Source: Nitrosopumilus sp. (GTDB lineage: Archaea; Thermoproteota; Nitrososphaeria; Nitrososphaerales; Nitrosopumilaceae). From it: a stretch of 64,000 nucleotides of DNA. A program made the position numbers and the translations under genes. The notes beneath the pieces are model-generated. The model was given only the letters and a program-made list of their open reading frames with translations. It made no database searches and was not told the origin of the DNA. Each line of letters starts with the position of its first letter. The stretch's first letter is position 1. The stretch is from positions 736,001-800,000 of the forward strand of contig CBDBLX010000002.1 of NCBI GenBank assembly GCA_965207445.1, read 5' to 3'. Shown piece after piece: positions 60,873 to 64,000 of this stretch.

Positions 60873-62093
60873 ATGGGATTATTTGATAGGTTCAAAAAAC
60901 AAAAGGACACTAATGTTGATAATGATGCAATTCATAGTGGCACAGAGTCTACAAATAGTGATGATGTTCTTGATTCTTCATCTATTACCTCAACGTCCAC
61001 TGACACTGACTCTAAAGAATCAAAAATAACTGAAACTGAATCTGTATTATCTGGAGATAAAGTTCACCCTAACTCTGTCACAGAAACTACCATTGAGAAT
61101 ATTTCTGACACCATTGATCAAAACACTACATCTGATCATATTTTTGATAGTGTAAACTCATCAGCAAAGAACGTCACAACATCAACTGCAAATGATGTTA
61201 CGCCAAAGCAACAACAACACAACGATCTGTCTTTTAATGAGGACTCTAATCACAATGGTGTTGATACATCAGACAAACGTGACATTCATACAAACGATCA
61301 TGCTGTAAACAAAACCAAATCTAAGATTATTAACACGCCTCATACTGTTGCAGATGATACCCAGTCCGGCTCAATTACTTCACTAAAAACTGACGAGTTA
61401 GATGATATTGTAAAACGCATCAAAAGTGTAAAAGAAGAGTATGGCTTATCGGTCAAGGATCTAATGGATACAAAGCGTAATCTTAATGAAAAACATGCCG
61501 AATTAGAGTCACTACAATCTCGTATCAATAAATTATGTGCAGATATTGACAAGAACCAAAAAATTTACTCTGAGATAACCAAAACAGTAGAGCAAAAAAA
61601 AAGTGATCTTGAAAAAATCAAAAATAACATCAAAGATTCTACAGATACACATGCCAAGCTTTTAGAAGACATATCAAAAGCACAACACACACTTTCTGTT
61701 ACAAAAACAGAACAATCAGAAACAGCGCAATTATTAGATGATACTAATGCCCGATTATACAATGCAAATCAAGAACTTCGCATGCAAGATGAGTTTCAAG
61801 CTGATACACTTACTGACACTGAACGAGAATTTATAGAATCTAGTACTCATTCCAAACCTCTAGTACAACCACCCAGCACATCAACTGACTCTGTAAATAA
61901 TGATGTGCAACCTAGTTATGCTGGTGTTGTGGAAGCTGCGAGTGTAGTAGTTGCATCTTTAAAATCAAGACTCAACACTACACAAAAAGAGTTGGAGGCA
62001 GTGCAATCTATGTTGTCACAAGAGCGACAACAACATGAGGCCACAAAGAAACGTTTAGAATCTATGCTGAGTGGCGAAAATACTGATACGTAA
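60873..62093 (+). CDS. Coiled-coil protein with an S/T/D-rich disordered N-terminal region
   Basis: MGLFDRFKK start, heptad-rich C-terminal half, VVEAASVVVASLKS. Confidence 0.75.
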   Translation: MGLFDRFKKQKDTNVDNDAIHSGTESTNSDDVLDSSSITSTSTDTDSKESKITETESVLSGDKVHPNSVTETTIENISDTIDQNTTSDHIFDSVNSSAKNVTTSTANDVTPKQQQHNDLSFNEDSNHNGVDTSDKRDIHTNDHAVNKTKSKIINTPHTVADDTQSGSITSLKTDELDDIVKRIKSVKEEYGLSVKDLMDTKRNLNEKHAELESLQSRINKLCADIDKNQKIYSEITKTVEQKKSDLEKIKNNIKDSTDTHAKLLEDISKAQHTLSVTKTEQSETAQLLDDTNARLYNANQELRMQDEFQADTLTDTEREFIESSTHSKPLVQPPSTSTDSVNNDVQPSYAGVVEAASVVVASLKSRLNTTQKELEAVQSMLSQERQQHEATKKRLESMLSGENTDT

Positions 62094-62099
62094 TGTTTG

Positions 62100-62987
62100 A
62101 CTATTTTTTCTGTATTCGTGATTTGCCAATGAGATGGATCCTATGAATTGAGAGCGCTTTTTGAGAAAAAATCGAGAGATCGTCAGTAGTGTTCAGGGTG
62201 TACCCAATCCAGATCCGCATAAAGACGTCAATCATTGTATAACAATAGGGCCATGATTTTCCTGCCGGGATGATGTAATGTCTGCTTCCCAGATTTCATA
62301 GGGACGTGTTGTCTTGACCTTACGAGATCTATGTTTTACAGCTTTCTTTTTTGGTTGTGATCGGTTCAATTAGGCCCCCCCGTTTTTCGGCATATATTCT
62401 GGATTTATTTACGGTTTATTGATTGTTTTAATGCTTGATACTGCATCTGCCAACCTGCGTGTCTCATATGCAGGACGCTCTATGTTGATCTTTTTGATCA
62501 GATTTGTAACGTCTGTGTTTATGTAAGTTTATCTCTTTTTAGATATGGGTTTGTAGTACATTTTGTTGTTGGATGCACCAATGTATGAAAGAGCCTTTCT
62601 TGACGATATTTTTTCTGCCAAGCGAAGTAGCATCATTTTATCCGGCCCTCACAGCTTTTTTAAATTCCTCAATGACTATTGTCTGTTCTGCTATTATTGT
62701 TTTAAGATTGTCAATTTCGTGTTTGTGTCAAGTTCAGATGCTCCCCTGGACTCAATTGATCGTTTTCCACCCTCAATGAATCGTGTCCTCCACTTGGAGA
62801 ATGCACCATGGGTGATGTTGTGTTTATGGCACAACTCAGATATTTTGATGTATGTCTCAAAGAATTCTAACACGATCAGAATCTTATTTTTTTGTAGTAA
62901 ATCTCTTACCCCTCATTGCATTGTGACCTCCTTGCTGAGCAAAATTCGTTTTCATTTGAGTGATCTCAATTTGACGGGGTCCGGACC
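62100..62987 (-). pseudogene. Degraded IS3-family element (OrfA HTH plus truncated OrfB integrase core)
   Basis: ATG 62916 MRGKRFTTK..ISELCHKHNITHGAFSKWRTRFIEGG; ERPAYETRRL; PYEIWEADIT; multiple frameshifts. Confidence 0.75.
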
Positions 62988-62989
62988 GT

Positions 62990-63319
62990 CAATGAAACCT
63001 GTAATAGGTCAGAGGAACAGTCGTCTACAGTTAAAGAGTGACAAGGGGGCAGAAAACCTCTCTGTGATGCTTAATAGTTTCATTAAAGATCCGATAGTTT
63101 TCTAGTATTTTGTATTCATAATATGTGCTCAACTTTGAGATAAGTATCAATCAAAATATCGGATCTTTAATCATATCAGTATGCTCAGTTGTGTTGAGAC
63201 GTGGAAGCTGCGTGGACTAAATGTCTGAGACGAGTTGTGTAAAATCATGGTCCATCGCCTGATGATGCATCTTAAAGATATATGATCTTGTTATTATGCC
63301 AAAATAGGTTGGTTCACAC
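62990..63319 (+). mobile_element. 3'-end fragment of the IS66 family seen at 11190-11400, interrupted by MITE-B
   Basis: Reverse-complement homology to 11190-11390; encodes QLKSDKGAENLSVML|SCVETWKLRGLNV; ends GGTTGGTTCACAC. Confidence 0.8.
63072..63181 (+). mobile_element. MITE-B copy 3
   Basis: 110-bp copy with a perfect 4-bp TSD TGCT (63068-63071 and 63182-63185). Confidence 0.9.
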
Positions 63320-63359
63320 AAATATTCACGTGCTATGGTAGTGTATATTCTGCCAATGT

Positions 63360-63875
63360 TTAATTGTGCGTATTTGTGCGCTCAATCCACTTTGATTTTA
63401 TCTCTTCTTCTGATACACCAATGTCATACAATGGAGACAATACATTTGTAATAGATGTGACATTTACCATAATGATATTTTTGATTGAATTCTTGATACC
63501 TGTTTTTTTGTAATCGTTTACTATCTTTGTACATGTGTCTGAATCCGTTACTATTTTTGCTGTTCCTTCAAACAAGTATCCTCTACGCAGTATTGGATCT
63601 ATGACATTGATCTCAATACTGTCATTCTCTTTTAGATTTTTGACTGTATCTGGTGATCGTATAATTGCAAAGGTGAGTGTGTTTTTATCAAATCTTCTTA
63701 TTGTGCCCTTTGGTGACACATTTGGTCTGCCGCTTGCACTTGCTGTTGCTACATACCCTAAACGTTGTTTGTTTAAAAATTCTGCAATCTCGTCTGTGAT
63801 AACTGCTGTATTGGTATTATTGTGATTTTTGTGTTGTATGGATGATTTTGATGTTTTCACTATGTTTAGTTTCAT
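63360..63875 (-). CDS. Pyridoxamine 5'-phosphate oxidase-like flavin-binding protein
   Basis: YVATASASGRPNVSPKG, TVKNLKEN..I.I...D. Confidence 0.85.
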   Translation of the reverse strand: MKLNIVKTSKSSIQHKNHNNTNTAVITDEIAEFLNKQRLGYVATASASGRPNVSPKGTIRRFDKNTLTFAIIRSPDTVKNLKENDSIEINVIDPILRRGYLFEGTAKIVTDSDTCTKIVNDYKKTGIKNSIKNIIMVNVTSITNVLSPLYDIGVSEEEIKSKWIERTNTHN

Positions 63876-63908
63876 ATGTTGTTGTTAATCTGCATTTTGA
63901 TATCTGTA

Positions 63909-64000
63909 CTATCGCATTAATTCTGCCATATATTGTGAGAAGAAAAAGAATCCAATTCCTCCTCCTATTATGGCAACCCATGCTACAATCTGCTTGATCT
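63909..64000 (-). CDS. 3' end of a membrane protein; partial, runs off the window
   Basis: IKQIVAWVAIIGGGIGFFFFSQYMAELMR* (TAG at 63909-63911). Confidence 0.5.
   Translation of the reverse strand, partial: IKQIVAWVAIIGGGIGFFFFSQYMAELMR

Noticed and set aside
5351..61762. Numerous antisense and alternate-frame ORFs in the ORF track (e.g. poly-Val 5351-5581, 39233-39769)
   Set aside because: They are shadows of well-supported genes on the other strand or in another frame.
4400..63181. Dispersed repeats as CRISPR repeats or riboswitches
   Set aside because: TIRs plus target-site duplications explain them as MITEs.

Overview
AT-rich archaeal chromosomal segment. Gene content and order point to a Nitrosopumilaceae-type ammonia-oxidising archaeon; the decayed IS load and low-complexity insertions in core enzymes suggest a host-associated lineage (inference). 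The backbone is housekeeping: tRNA-Leu(CAA) with an intron, a haem/sirohaem cluster (hemB, ChdC/chlorite-dismutase family, fused ahbAB, Met8/SirC-like, hemA), purS-purQ-purL-purF and purM, tatC, sufC, tfb-gar1-srp19, sec61beta-DUF2070, an ABC solute-binding protein, tsr3, a 1175-aa lamin-tail/Ig-repeat surface protein, tRNA-Pro(TGG), map, tbp, HtrA, cofG-cofH, a CPA2 antiporter, elp3 and class I lysS. Mobile DNA overlies this: an intact ISH3-family IS (17-bp TIR, 4-bp TSD) nested in a dead IS66, further IS66, IS1595 and IS3 relics, and two MITE families not visible in the ORF track. MITE-A is 80-83 bp with GTAACCGTTCA ends and 9-bp TSDs, sits upstream of a gene in every case, and in one place forms a composite around about 830 bp of foreign DNA. 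MITE-B is 110 bp with 4-bp WGCW TSDs. Other notable items are a candidate box C/D guide sRNA (41140-41213, minus strand), a CTG-initiated purL, and a hemA stop codon supplied by an IS end. I saw no CRISPR array, rRNA or clear multi-gene novel defence system.
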